From NCBI GenBank assembly GCA_000708835.1, contig DF236979.1, forward strand, positions 62,001 through 126,000: DNA of 64,000 nucleotides, written 5' to 3'. The position numbers and the translations under genes were made by a program. Under the pieces are notes generated by a model. The model made no database searches and was not told the origin of the DNA. It worked only from the letters and a program-made list of their open reading frames with translations. This DNA comes from Klebsormidium nitens. Lineage: Eukaryota > Plantae > Klebsormidiophyceae. Below are positions 11,249 to 23,800 of the stretch, in pieces; within the stretch, counting starts at the first letter, position 1; each line of letters starts with the position of its first letter.

Positions 11249-14200
11249 GGCACGGGCTGACAGGTGGAAGTTCTGATGATGACGTATGCTCACGGGTGAT
11301 TTGCGGACGTAGGAGGGAACGTTGAGAAGTATGCAGACTTGCGAACCGTTCACTTCCCTAATACCAGCGTTTGAGTTAACGATCCACTCAACAATGTCGA
11401 GAAGTTCCTCTGCAATTTCTGTAGTCTGGATTCTCAATCTTATCATCAAAGACAATTCTAAGTGCCTTTGAACCCCGTTAGTTCCATCTTCTGAAAACTA
11501 TCGGTACAGCTCGATGAAGTCTGAGTCAGAGGAATGCGAAATGAGCAGATGTGAGAGCAAATGACTTTGCTGTAAAGTTAACCAGGAGGTATTTTTCAAA
11601 AGTCATCACCGGCCGGCGAACTAGTGCTCAGAAATCATCAAAATTCAAGAGAGCGCATATAATTTGACAAGATGGCTTTGTTCACTCGCTCAGATGAAAA
11701 CGGCAGCTCAAGCAAGTATTCGCGGGAGCGATTCAGAAGGAAGAGGTTCAGATGCACTCTCGTCTCGAGGAACACTTTCTTTGAGAGCAGCAGACAGCTT
11801 GTCTTTACCTTGAGGAAAGCAACAGGCACAGAGAGCTGGAAGATGAAAGAAAACTGATTCAACGTTCGTACCTTAAGACTTCAGCAGAGCCCCACGCTCC
11901 TTAGTTTCGCAAGAACAATCTTCGAAGCTTCAACTTCTCAGTGTGATGTCAACCGCTCTGCAGTTGTGGCTGATCACTAAATGGGCGTCCTGGATGCCAA
12001 GCGCGATTCAGTTGCTAGCGCAGCTTCCGATGCAACAGATTGAGAAGAATTGCGTGCTTGACTTGACACGGAAGGAGGTTTGCTAAAGGGCGCTGACTGC
12101 GAGTTCATTCTAAGCTAAGCGGAAATGACTCTTATAAGCAGTAGTCACCCGTGTAAGCTGTATGCTTATTGATAGTCGTCTTGCGCTTGCAGCTCAGCAT
12201 GTGAGGAAAGGGAAATCTTGCACGTGTTCCTGCATGCTCCGCCTAATGCGCTGATATACGTCACTGCACGTTTCAGCAGATGCTTCTTGCAAGCCAGCTT
12301 GCTAGTAAGGCTGTGAGCCGGCGCTTCTGCAGATTCGCCGAATATGCAATGATTCTCAGCCCTGACATCAGCGACTGCAGTTTTATCTGGCACCGGGGCA
12401 AGGCTGGGCTAGCAGCGCATCGCTACCCATGCCCCGGGCGCGCTCGCGGCCGCGCCGGCCGGGTGCGCTGACCGTGACAGTAGTTTGCGGTGCCGTGAAC
12501 TGCGTGAACTGAGAGCTTCGAGCTCGCGCCCGCGCGTCGCGCTCAATTGTCCGGCCGCGAAAGCCGCTCGTGCTCGCCAAGCCTCCAAACCTCCGAGCCG
12601 CGCGCGGCGAGTACGCCTTCATTGGCCTCGAGTCCATGCTCCATACTCTGCTAGATCGGCGGCCGCGCGCGGCTGAAGCAGCGGTGCAGGACTCCTGGGC
12701 GTTCGCTTCGAGTGAGGATTGGGGGTTTTGGCGCCCGCCGTACCAGGCTAAGGGCGGCGAGCGCTGCGGAGGGGCGTGTCGGATAGAGCAAGGTGGGGAG
12801 AGAAGCTGCAGTTTGAAGGCGAGAAACTAGAGCTTGACCTGCTCGACCGGCGAGCGACAGGAGTCTGGAAATGAATCCGCTATAGTGCCAAACCCAGACG
12901 ATTCCCAAATGCTTCAACCCGGCGATGGTCCGTCGGAAGAGCCTGCACAGCGGCGCACATTTGCATAGAAGCGCCCCCGCCCCAAAGGTCGAGTCCGGTT
13001 CCGACGCTCGCACTCGCCGTGCAAAAGGGATCCCCCACGAGCGCCGTCGTCCAAGTACTTCTATCTTCCACTTCAACAGCGCGGCCCCACTGGCGGGTGA
13101 ATTACTTGAAAAAAGAAAGTCGGGATAATGTCATCAGGAATAAGTAGGGGAAGAACTTCGAGGAGGGAAAAGCGTCGATGCGCACGCTGCTGACGGGGGG
13201 GCGACTCTTCGCACAAGTGCAACAATCAATCACACCGTCCGGGGCGCGGCTCGGCGGCCCGAATTCCGCTCGACGGCACTGGGTTCGGAAGAGTGAAGGC
13301 CGATGACGTGTGATTGAGAATATCTTAACTTCTATGAAAGATGCAAACGGGAATACTTGTGTCTGCAGATGATTCGCTCGTACGAGTCCTTTGGACAGTG
13401 GCTGGAAAGCAGACTGTGGGGAAATCAGTTCGCAGCTCTTCCGATCCTCCTTGCTCCGGGCCGTAGAAGAGTGGATTCTCTGGAACTGAAGGTTTGTCCT
13501 CAAGCGACGCGGCACCCTTTGAAAAAGGCACAGATGAGTGCAAGCTGGGCCGCCAGCTGAAGGCATCTCCGCGCTCAGCGCGCGCTATCCCTGCCGCCAC
13601 CCTCGCACGTCCCCCAATGCATTGTCGGGAATTCAGCATCCGGTACCCGCCGCATTTCGACTTCAAATGCGCTTTTCACATTTAAACTCCCGACGGAAGC
13701 TCGCAGCCGTTGGATCTGGGCTGACCAGGCAGTGATCAGATCCACGAGGCGGGGCAACAAGGCTTCATCAAAGGTCGTACAGTCTGTTCAGGGAGAGAGA
13801 GCACAATGCTGATACTCACACTGAGCCCGATAGGAGAGAATGTCATGCGACTGTCGCTCAAAAAAGGAGTGGAAAGGCCCTTTCCAGACTCTGAGGACTT
13901 TGACATGCGACCATTGCAGCGACTTGGTGCAGCAGAATGTGTCAGAGTCCGCTCGGAACTGAGTTTTCGTCGCTGCAAAGTTCACCTGACGTGCGGACTC
14001 AGGATTGGATTATGTGCACATGTGGATTTGGTCGAAGCAAATTTTGCGAACTGTTGAACGGTGGTTTGCTCGACGAGGTTTTGAAGGAGTCGAGGTGTTT
14101 GTTTGAAAAGCATTGCAGATGCGCGCATATGGTTCTAAAGCAAAGTGCGCGAATGCCTGACGAGGTCGCGTAAACTCATGTGATGGGCTTATTTGGAGAA

Positions 14201-14389
14201 GTACCTTGAGAGAAGGGCGGTGCTAGAACGGGGTTTATTTGTTATGTTCGCCGTCATTTTCGACTTTCGAATACTGTAGTTGAGATATATTAACACGGTG
14301 GTTTGGCCTGCTTCGGACCAGCGCTGAAAGACAAGGCGGATATTGCTCTTCAGCTAGCTAGAATCGTCCTCGATTCTTTCAAGCGCCTG

Positions 14390-14592
14390 TATATCTGCGG
14401 GACGAAGACATGAGTAACCCAGCATTGAATGCTGTGAAAACCTGCAAGCCCATTTACGTATATGCGGGACGAAGACACGAGTAACCCAGATCTGAATGCT
14501 GCAAATAGACCTGCAAGTTCATTTGCATATATGCGGGACGAAGACCCGAGTAACTCAAATTCGAATGCTGCGAAAAACCTGCAAGCCCATTC
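14390..14592. repeat. Three tandem copies of a ~68-bp unit
   Basis: TGCGGGACGAAGAC..GAGTAAC...GAATGCTG...ACCTGCAAG recurs at 14396, 14463 and 14532. Confidence 0.9.
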
Positions 14593-15008
14593 ATGGACAA
14601 GAATTGGTGATGCATACAAATCCCAGTATCATACGGCTAAGATGCAGTATTGCTGACGGGTATATCATGCTGAGTCGCAAAAGAGCTCGCTCTCGAGACC
14701 GGCAGGCCACTATGGTGTTTCATTCGGCATTCTTGAAATACCAAATCCCTTTTTACCGTTCTCCTTTGTCGCGGCTTTCGACTGGAGTCTGGCTAGAAGG
14801 AGTCTACTGAAAATACCAGTTTTGAAATTTGCAGGTCTTCGAGCGTCTTAGCGTCGGAGAGATGCAATAGTAAGAAATGAACCCACTGTCCAGTAGTCAA
14901 CAGCCTAACACGCAAAGCTGCTCAAAGATTTCTATCCTAAAGTCTGCACTACAAGAGCTGGGCGGAGTCATGTAGCAACTTAGAGGGAGCAACCTTGAGC
15001 CTTCGTCT

Positions 15009-15731
15009 TTAATCATGGTGCAACCCCTGCCGTGTTGCGGCCAAGCGTCTCTCACAAAAGTCAGCAAGCCTCATAATAGCAAGCGGGAGCAGCAACCCCA
15101 CACCAAGGACTACTCCCATGGCACCTGTGGTGATCGCGCACACTCTGAAGAAGGTCGTCGCAGATTCTGAACAAAGGTGGATTTGCTCTTTTTCCGGGAC
15201 AAGGGGCGTCAGGTCACCATAAGGCTCCCCCAACCGCGCGCAGGGGTACGAGAACCCGACGTAGAAAGATAGGTTGTCCGTCGTGCATAGCTGCAAACTA
15301 AGGTTGCCTCCACCTAGCTTGGAAGCAAGGTACTGGTTGAGTCCTTGGTTAGGGTCTGGCAGGATAACCGGGCCCGTGTGCTCAAAGTAGGTCTCTGGCC
15401 AAAGGCAGTGTGCTGCTGTGCTGGTAAAGACAGCGGCTAAGACGGCTGAGATGGATACGATTGCCTTGAGAAACGAATCAAGTGTCTGGAAAATAGGTTC
15501 GTCCGCGGACGGATCGTCCCTGATAATATCAAACGCAAAGCTCGCCGCAACAGCTACTAGATGGGCCACAAATCTTGGAACAAACATGAAGCCTACGGTA
15601 AGAGAGACGTAGCTGAGCAGCAAAAATGGCCAACGGACTCTTCGTTTATGCACATTACTCGTCAACGGTGGAGGACGCTCGCAAGATTGGTCGGGGGCTT
15701 GCACTTGGTAGAAATCAAAGCTTGGCCCCAT
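15009..15731 (-). CDS. Intronless 240-aa hypothetical multi-pass membrane protein
   Basis: ATG-to-stop ORF with 3-4 hydrophobic segments (WPFLLLSYVSLTVGFMFV; AIVSISAVLAAVF; AITTGAMGVVLGVGLLLPLAIM) and a Cys-containing loop. No family recognised. Confidence 0.5.
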   Translation of the reverse strand: MGPSFDFYQVQAPDQSCERPPPLTSNVHKRRVRWPFLLLSYVSLTVGFMFVPRFVAHLVAVAASFAFDIIRDDPSADEPIFQTLDSFLKAIVSISAVLAAVFTSTAAHCLWPETYFEHTGPVILPDPNQGLNQYLASKLGGGNLSLQLCTTDNLSFYVGFSYPCARLGEPYGDLTPLVPEKEQIHLCSESATTFFRVCAITTGAMGVVLGVGLLLPLAIMRLADFCERRLAATRQGLHHD

Positions 15732-16997
15732 GGAAAGGGACTAGCATCTGATGACTTGAACAAACTCGGACGTGCCTTCTCCTTTTTTCTATCCCCTTTG
15801 GGTCGACTCTGTTGTATCTGTTGAAGAAGCTGCTCCGCAGATACTCGTTGACCAAAGTCGGTTCCGGAAGTGGCAAGAGGCTAGCGCTAAGGCGACTCGT
15901 CGAGTTGCCACCATTCTGAGCGATGCTGTGCGTCAGCAAAGGACAGGTGCAGAAGAAGAAGAGGAGCTTTACAATTATCTGGGAGCGAGCGGGTGCCGCC
16001 TCCATCATGTCCGTCTGCATTCGGCTGTCGCCAGACGTTCGAAGTCAACATGAAGATCTGAACATACCAAGCTCTCACCATCTTCCAGTACCTTACTTTT
16101 TGCAGTATCAAATTTAAGCGGGCGCAGCTCGCGGTGACCCGGCTGCTCTTGGCGGCGAGCGCCGCGCAGAGGTGTTGGAGCGCGCCGAACCACCCGGGGT
16201 TTTGAAGGGTTTATCGGACAACGGCCGGCCGCGCGGCCGGCTCAGTTGCACCTTGCCATTGCGTCTCGATCACAGGAGACACGCTCATACAAAGGTTCGG
16301 AAGCGTTGATCGATGGGGGCAGTCCCCAACCTCCCTTGGATTTGATGACTTAGTGAGTTCATCGCCGTGCTTCCGAAGTTTTGTGCCGAAACATCTGCCT
16401 TTTTGGCGGATGCGAAAAAATCTGTGTCAAGACAGGAGATACATGCGTACTGGCAGGTTCTTGCGCACGTATCATTGATCTCCGAGCATGCCATGAGCCG
16501 TCGTAGGTTAAATGCAGGGCGTTGCAACATGCAGATGCTGAATCCTTAGCCGATTCTAGATATTGACACCTTTCAAGCATTTCCAAACTCTCAATCCAAC
16601 TCCTCGCGAGCCCATGGTCTGCCTTTCCTAGACACGCAATTGTGGACGCGCTTATGAGGAGCCACTTGCATTTCCGATTTAGGTCAAATCAGTTTGCTCA
16701 GACAACAAATTCAGAGACGATCTTAAATTGAGCTCTTCCTTCTATCGACGTGCAGTTCGTTATAAAAGTTGGTCATAAGCGTTTGAATACGTGCTAGCTC
16801 ATCTCTAACGTACTTAACAAACCTCTTATCTAGACTCTGCTGAGAATTAAAACAGAAACACCTTAATTAGATCACCGCTCAATGACGACTCGCGACAAAG
16901 CTTCGCAACCGAAGGTACGCTTACTCCCCTTGTCCCCCACACCATCTTAAAAGTAATGCTTGCCATGTCGATAAGGTGGTAATTTGCCTTGAAGGGA

Positions 16998-18354
16998 TCA
17001 CACCCTGCCAGCACCAGGGGCATAATATGGTTCCCGTGTATATCCAGCCGGTGCGAACGGCTTCACACCGACCGGGGTCTGCGGATACTGCTGCTGCCGC
17101 GCGCGTTTGCGCGCGTCCCACGTTTCGCTACCCAGCGCGAGCACGCCCGCGCAGCAGCCCCCCACGCAGAGAACCACTACCGCGACAGCCAACCATCCGA
17201 CGGTCAGCGCGCACAGCAGAGCAATCTCGAGCGTCGGATAAGTGTGCCGCAGAACGTCCATAAGGCAAGCCTCGGCGTCGAGGTTTGGCGCGGTGAAACC
17301 GGCCGCGTTGCGGCTGAGGATCCAGCCCTTCTCGACGCCCTTGTTGTATACGCGATGGTCCTGCTCCCAGCCGTGCTCGAACGGGCGGTGGACTGACGTC
17401 ACGAGTGACGCGCATTGCGTGGCGACTTTGCGGGACACGTGCTTGGGGAAGGTGAGGCGCCAGCCCAGTGAGAGCGCGTAGTATCTGGACGGAAAGGGAA
17501 GGGGGCTGGTTGAAGAAAACGGAAGGAAGAAGAATTGGAAATAGACCGTGACAAAGGGCTTTTGGCGCTAAGGAGATCCAGAAATGGAGAGTCGTAAATG
17601 AATTGTCTGTCAGAGCTTGGAAGAATACATTCGAGGTTCGCTGCCCCCCTACAAAGACCAGAAACATACAACGGGTAGACAGAAGCTTCTTGGAAGAAAC
17701 GAACCTTTGCTTGCATTTCGTTTACATTACTTATTTTGTGCGGTCTGCAGATGGAAAGCTTACCCAAGAAAAGTGTCGATCCGTGCGCCAGAAAGACTGT
17801 CAACAAATGCGTGAGGATACCTTTGAGCAGATGCACTACTTGCTTCCCGAAACTTTCCCATTGAATCTGCTTCTAGATTGTTCACAAATTCTTCAGGTAA
17901 GCAGAGAATGATGTGCCGACTCGACAAGGACGCAACACAGGTATTCATGGCCCTTTTCGGAACCAAAAAATAGGATACCACTTGCTTTTCACTGGGGTGT
18001 AAGTACGGTGCGCAATGAGATCGAAAGAATAAAACAAAACCATGCTTTCAATAATCAGTAGACCGCTGTCGTGAGGTTGAAAGTGATTGCCGCTCACGTC
18101 CGCCAGCTACGCGCTTGGGACCGCTTTCACCAGATCTTTTGCAACTTTGCATCATTCAAACGTAGATCTAGAACAAATGCACAAGGATAGCAGAGAGGAT
18201 CACCAAGAGCTGGGTAACGGACGGCTTACTGGTTGGGATTCTTCACGTCGCGCCAGAAACTATAGGTGAAGTTCGGATTCATCGCAGACTTGGCTGCCAC
18301 TTGAACGGCCATGATGGCGAGGAGACCGCCCACTAACAAGAGGACACGTGCCAT
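16998..18354 (-). CDS. Uncharacterised type-I membrane protein, paralog B (~203 aa)
   Basis: Exon 18354-18230 (MARVLLLVGGLLAIMAVQVAAKSAMNPNFTYSFWRDVKNPNQ, phase 2) and exon 17484-16998 (YYALSLGWRLTFPKHVSRK...TYPTLEIALL, TM helix, Cys cluster, Pro/Tyr-rich tail). Confidence 0.82.
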
Positions 18355-20822
18355 CCTGTCAGGAGCATCGAGCGCGATCCACGTGGGCTGGTTGGACTGC
18401 GAGAAGGGACGAGGTCGGGCTGTCAGATCTACGTGGATCTGAGTGGACTAAGACTTATTCTTTCTTATCAAGAAACGCAGCGAAACGTGCAAGGCGGAAC
18501 CATCCACCTGCGACTAAGTGTCAATACTTCATCCCAAAGCACAGATAGGTACATGGGGACACCGGACTAGGAAGACTTCTCGGTTTGACCCATAAGAACA
18601 AGCTTTTTCAAGCCGGCTCTCGAGTTCTGCTTTGACGGTGAACAAAAACAGATAAATCAAGACTTCAACCTCTTAGGTTTTTTGACGTGGAGTCCCAATT
18701 AAACACACAGCAGCTTGCAACAGGAGATCAACCCAGAGACAAAGGGAGATGCGCTTGTTAGAAGTCGGCAAAGTCAGAAAAGGCCACTGCTACACTGCAT
18801 TCAGGTCACTGGTCATGTTCAAGGCTCTCTCATGGACGTGTTTCTACAATTTTGATCTACGAGCGGTCGGTTTCGACTCTAATACAATAACCGTTGATGT
18901 GCAGAAGCAGAATCCAGTCCTCGAGTCTCAAACACAATCACGTGCCTTTCAAGTTCTGATGGTAAAGATGTTTGTTTCACTTCCCTAGACTTTTGAACAA
19001 AACTTCCCGAAATCCTGCTTCCAAACCTTGCCTAAACGAGCTGTAAGATGTTTTCCAGCTCAGTTGAACAACCGTGATTTGGCTTTCAATTTCCGTACAT
19101 GAATCTCACATGAATGATGCTAACGGATCGACCTGAAGCAAGACCGGTCTTGCTGGTCGACCAGCAGCAAGCTTCTCTACCAACTTAACATGAAAGAAAG
19201 CTTACTCAGCTCCCAAACGTTCAGCAAAAGGTGAGCGCCCGTTGATGAATCTACCTTGAAGCCGAAGTGGCAAAGGAAAAGTGGATGCTACTAACCTCTA
19301 AATAGCAGAGGGAAGTCCGAGGGTTTAGAGGGTTTTGGTCTGCTTGACACGCGTCTCTTCCTGCTTGTCGTCTGGTCAATTTAAACGTCAGCATGTTGCG
19401 ACAAACATCCTTCATCTGAGCATCCAACGGCAGGGACCGTGTTTGGACAATGGATGTCAACTCACGCCTCATCGACAGGAACTGGCCCGGTCGTGCCTCG
19501 CGCCGCATTCTCATATCAGCGCGCGCTCTCGACGGCAGCGCGGGCCGGCGCCGTACTGCCGACTCGCGGCCGCTTTGAGGAGGCTGCGGCGGCCGCCTTG
19601 GACAATTTTATATGGAAAACCTGCCTTCCCGGGTCCGTGAGTCTTGGACCAGAGCGCAGTCCCATGCTTTTGACGGGCAGTGACCCACTTTCTGGCTTTC
19701 TGAGTAGTGTTGGATGTGGGCGGGCATGACCGCACATTGATTTGGGGCTTTGTCGATCGCGAGTGTGGTTTTCGGTTGAAGTTTCCTGTTCACGCGTCAC
19801 ACCCGACCAACAAACAAAGGCTTGGTCCGTCGAAAGCTTTGAGGACCATGCAAACCGTCACGGCTGGCTCGAGCTGCATGGGGCGGCCGAGCCAGAGAGG
19901 CCCCCGCATGCAATTGGATTTAAGTCAGACATAATTAGCTGCGCCCCTGTGCAAGCCTCATTCGCATGTGAGAAGAACTTAACTCGACATGTTGTGTTGA
20001 CCCGCGGGCGCCTTCCGATCTTCTGCGCACTGCAGTTGCACATGCTCACCAGGTGTGCTAGCAATCGTCGCTGTCCAGCGGGGCCCGGCCTCGTGCATGA
20101 ATATCCGGTGATCAATGACTGTTTCGAAAGTGTAGATTGTACGCATCTGAGTTAGTGACAGTATCCTTCACAAGGAGTGGCCCATGCATCATTTGTAGTG
20201 TATATCAATACACTCATGCATGAGCTGGATTGCCACAACCTAATCGTACACAGGAAAACATGGCATGTGCTTAGCTAAACATGCGTTTAGTTTAGGAACA
20301 TGCAACATAGGTGCATGCCGTCCCTTGCAATACACGATAACCTGACACTTCGTATCGGACTTCAAAAGGTTGGCATTGCTTGACAATCAGAATCACTGAT
20401 CTGGTAGCAGTAAATGTTTGTTTGGTAAGTCCCACATGTGTATAACGTTCAAGTAACGCTGTATTCAATCTCCTCTCGAACGAAGCTCACACGAAAGTTG
20501 GAAAAAAGGTTTGTATATAACAATTCAATCCAATTGCAAATGGCTACGACTTTTTGACGGCTATATCAATCAGTAATGTTTTTCTTAGGACGCTCTATAG
20601 CTATTGTAGATTGTCAACACGTCGTATTCACTTATTTTGATCAAGGCGCCACATTCAAGCATGCAATCACCTTTGCAGAATCAAGACCTTCGTGCGTAAT
20701 GCATCCCCCCGGATAGCGGCTTCTATTTAGAGTTTGACGGCCATATGCGTTCAAAGACCCGCATGACCTGAAACGGCCTTTGACGCACACGAACCACGCC
20801 CTCCATATGAATGGTACACACT

Positions 20823-23800
20823 CTACAGCTTGGAGATGAGAGCCCTCGGGAGTTCCGTGTTTGCCGCGCCGTTGCCTGTCTCCATCTGCGTCTTCTCCTC
20901 GGCAGCTGGGGGGACGTCGATCGCCGGAGAGCAATTAAAGAACCCATGCGGCTGCAGACATCCAAGCAACGACACAGTCAGAGAAGCCTCGCATAAGATC
21001 AACGTTTCAACTCTATCAATGCCGACAGTGAGGTCACACATTCGAGCTGTTTGCAGAAATGGGCATCGACCAAGAGCGAACAGAGCGTTCGAAACTGCCC
21101 AAGAGGCATATCCGAACGGTTTTGCGAGAAACAACTCTTTTCCTATGCTTGTCGCAAGCACACTTGCGGCATTCCCGTAGCCGAAACATAAGTGGGCAAA
21201 ATATTTGAGCTTCTTCGCAAGGAGGTGCTTTATTCAGTGCGTCCTGATATCCAGCTTTCTGCCCCGAACGAACTGTGAAGGCCCCTCGACATCTTTCATT
21301 CAATCAGCAACCTCTTCAACGGAACTCTAAAGTCGAGCTGGACGAGCGAGACACAAGTAGTCTGTCCTCACCATGAGATGGAAACCAATGGTCTCGCACG
21401 GCATCACGGGCCAGTCCTCTGGGCGGGGCACGTGGGTCACGCCAAACACGTACCTGAAGACAAAAGAAAATGGCCCTTGAGGACCTTTAATGGCGCAAGC
21501 GTTTTAAGCGTTGGGGGGATCTTACGAAAAGTCCGCTGACACAGTCATATGCAGTAGCGCCACAGTTACAACAAACGTTGAACTACGGTAGCCGGCACCC
21601 CAGTCACCAATCCAATGCTCGTCAGAAGCAGCTAATCATCGAGGACAAGCTCTCGCCGACGAACCAATCAGGGCACCACCCAGCAGATCGTTATCAAGCA
21701 ACAGCTGGCTTTTCGTGAACCCCAGCGCTTCTACTCGTCACTCTCAAACGGATGAAACGTTAGGAAAACACATTGCTCCCACTTATCACCCACAAAAGGT
21801 GCAAATAGGCGATTCTTCGCAGTGCAATATCCCGCAATCACCCAACCAAGAAAAGTCGCTTTGATTTGTTCCAGAAACATTACAAAAATCTATTTCTAAA
21901 CCCACAGGCCAAGGAATCTCGGCAAAAAGGCATACCAATCTCGTAAACTCACCAGAGTACGACGTCAGCATCCGACAGCTTGGCGTCACGCTGTGTCCAG
22001 GTCGGGAGGCCCTCCCCGAGGCGCGGGTTCTGGTTGGGGAAGTCGCCCCCCGGGAAAAGCTCCCCCCGCTTATACTGCGTGACCCATAGGTTATGCTCCA
22101 GGAATTTGGCGCGCCGCAAGAACTTGGCGTCCGGGTGGCAGAATGGGAGGCAGTTGCTCCCGGGCACCAGCTTGTAACCGGTCGGATAACCCGTGCGGTT
22201 CACTGTGCGCGTGTTGCGGACCTGCAAGGTAACCGGATGGGTAAGTTACAGAAAACTAAAAAGAAAAACCCACTCGGGTTTGTCATCACGGGGGACCAGC
22301 TCGTAAACCGGTTCGATAACCGTGCGTTTCACCATGCACGTTTTGCGTGCCGGCGAGGTAAGCAGGTGGGTTAGGCACGCACAATTGTGCTCGGCTTAGT
22401 CATCTACTGCCAGACTCAGCAACTAAAAGCGAGTAGTGTTGCACACGAGTAGACGCAAGAGAGGGTAAATGCAGGTTGCAACACGAGCAGCAAGGAGGAG
22501 AACGTCAGAGGAGGTGCCCTGGCTCAAGACAGCAGGGTTCAACGGCATTGAAGAAGACCAAGTTTTGACGGAAGGCAGATTAGGACCTAAGAGCGGGTAG
22601 AGCAACCTCCAACCGCAGGTAAAGCAGCGTTTTAGGGCCGGTCAAGCAGGAGAAGGTGGATAAGGAAGCGGCCCATGCACTTACGATCCAGTGGCGGGCG
22701 GTGGAGGGGCTGCAGTCTCTCTGGGCCTGCAGCTCAGACCCCAGGACCGTCTCCTCCGTGTAAAACGCGTTGGCTGCACCACGCGACACAGCCAGTCAGA
22801 AGGCGACAGACTCTCCTTTCTGGAAAAGCAACAAATCGCATACCCCTACCCTGCAGTCCTCGAACGACGAATTAGAGCTGGGACGACTCCCATTCGAGGC
22901 TTGACAGAGACACGGTACAGAACCAAAAGCACGTCTTCCAGTGACAGAGTAATGCAGATCGACAGCCTTGCCCGGGGCAATCTCAAAGAAACCCTTCAAA
23001 GGAGACACTTCCGAGACAGAGGATGCCGCTTCCGTCTTTGCTGACTTCCTATTGACCATTGACGCGCTCCACACGCAAGATGTGCTAAAAGATGAAAGGG
23101 GTACATACCGTGCGGGTTCTTGGGCCCCTTGTCTTCGGTGTGCACGTTCAGTTCTACCACCTCGTTGTGGCCCTCCCCCGGGCGGCTGTCCACCGACATG
23201 TCCATACGGGCCACGAAAAAGTGCTGCAATTGGACAAGACGTCGGAGGTTTTCAAAGGAGTCAGAAGAAGCCTCAGAGGAAGTGTCAAGCACGCTATGTT
23301 GAGAACCACCTGAAAGACGAGTCCACCTCTACAGGTTCCTTGTAAACCGCAAGACCGCTTAGGCGCGCATCATCTTGGACGAATCCAACACATCGTACCT
23401 TTCAGCGAAAACTTGATTCCGCCACATTATTAGGGGTGTCTTTCGTAGAGATGTGCCAAGGCTTCACGTGGTGAAGCTTCACATTTGAGATTGGTCTCAT
23501 CGCCTTTATTTTGCAGACCACTCGACCTGACGATGATGAACGGTCCTTTTAATGACCCAACGTCTTCCCTGAGGAGCTTAGAAGCAACCCCGCCAAAGCA
23601 GGGGCAAACCAAGTTCCGAACCTTTCATTTTTTTATCTTCTTCCAAGAGAAAACTCACCTGATGAATGGGAGCGTACAGCCCGGGCGCAATGATGGTGCC
23701 GTGCTTGCGAACCTCCCCGTCGCGCAGAGAGCCCAGGCTGAGGATGCCGGTCAGCTTGACCTCGCCCTCGATGCGGCCGTCCTGTGTGCAAAGTTGCATG

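Noticed and set aside
11250-14200. Many GC-rich ORFs (e.g. 12651-13076, 13102-13566) and a protein-like upstream extension of paralog A
   Set aside because: Low-complexity Arg/Ala/Pro translations typical of GC-rich non-coding or promoter DNA; no family match.
19250-20200. ORFs between paralog B and the CuAO 3' end
   Set aside because: No motif and no coherent exon chain.
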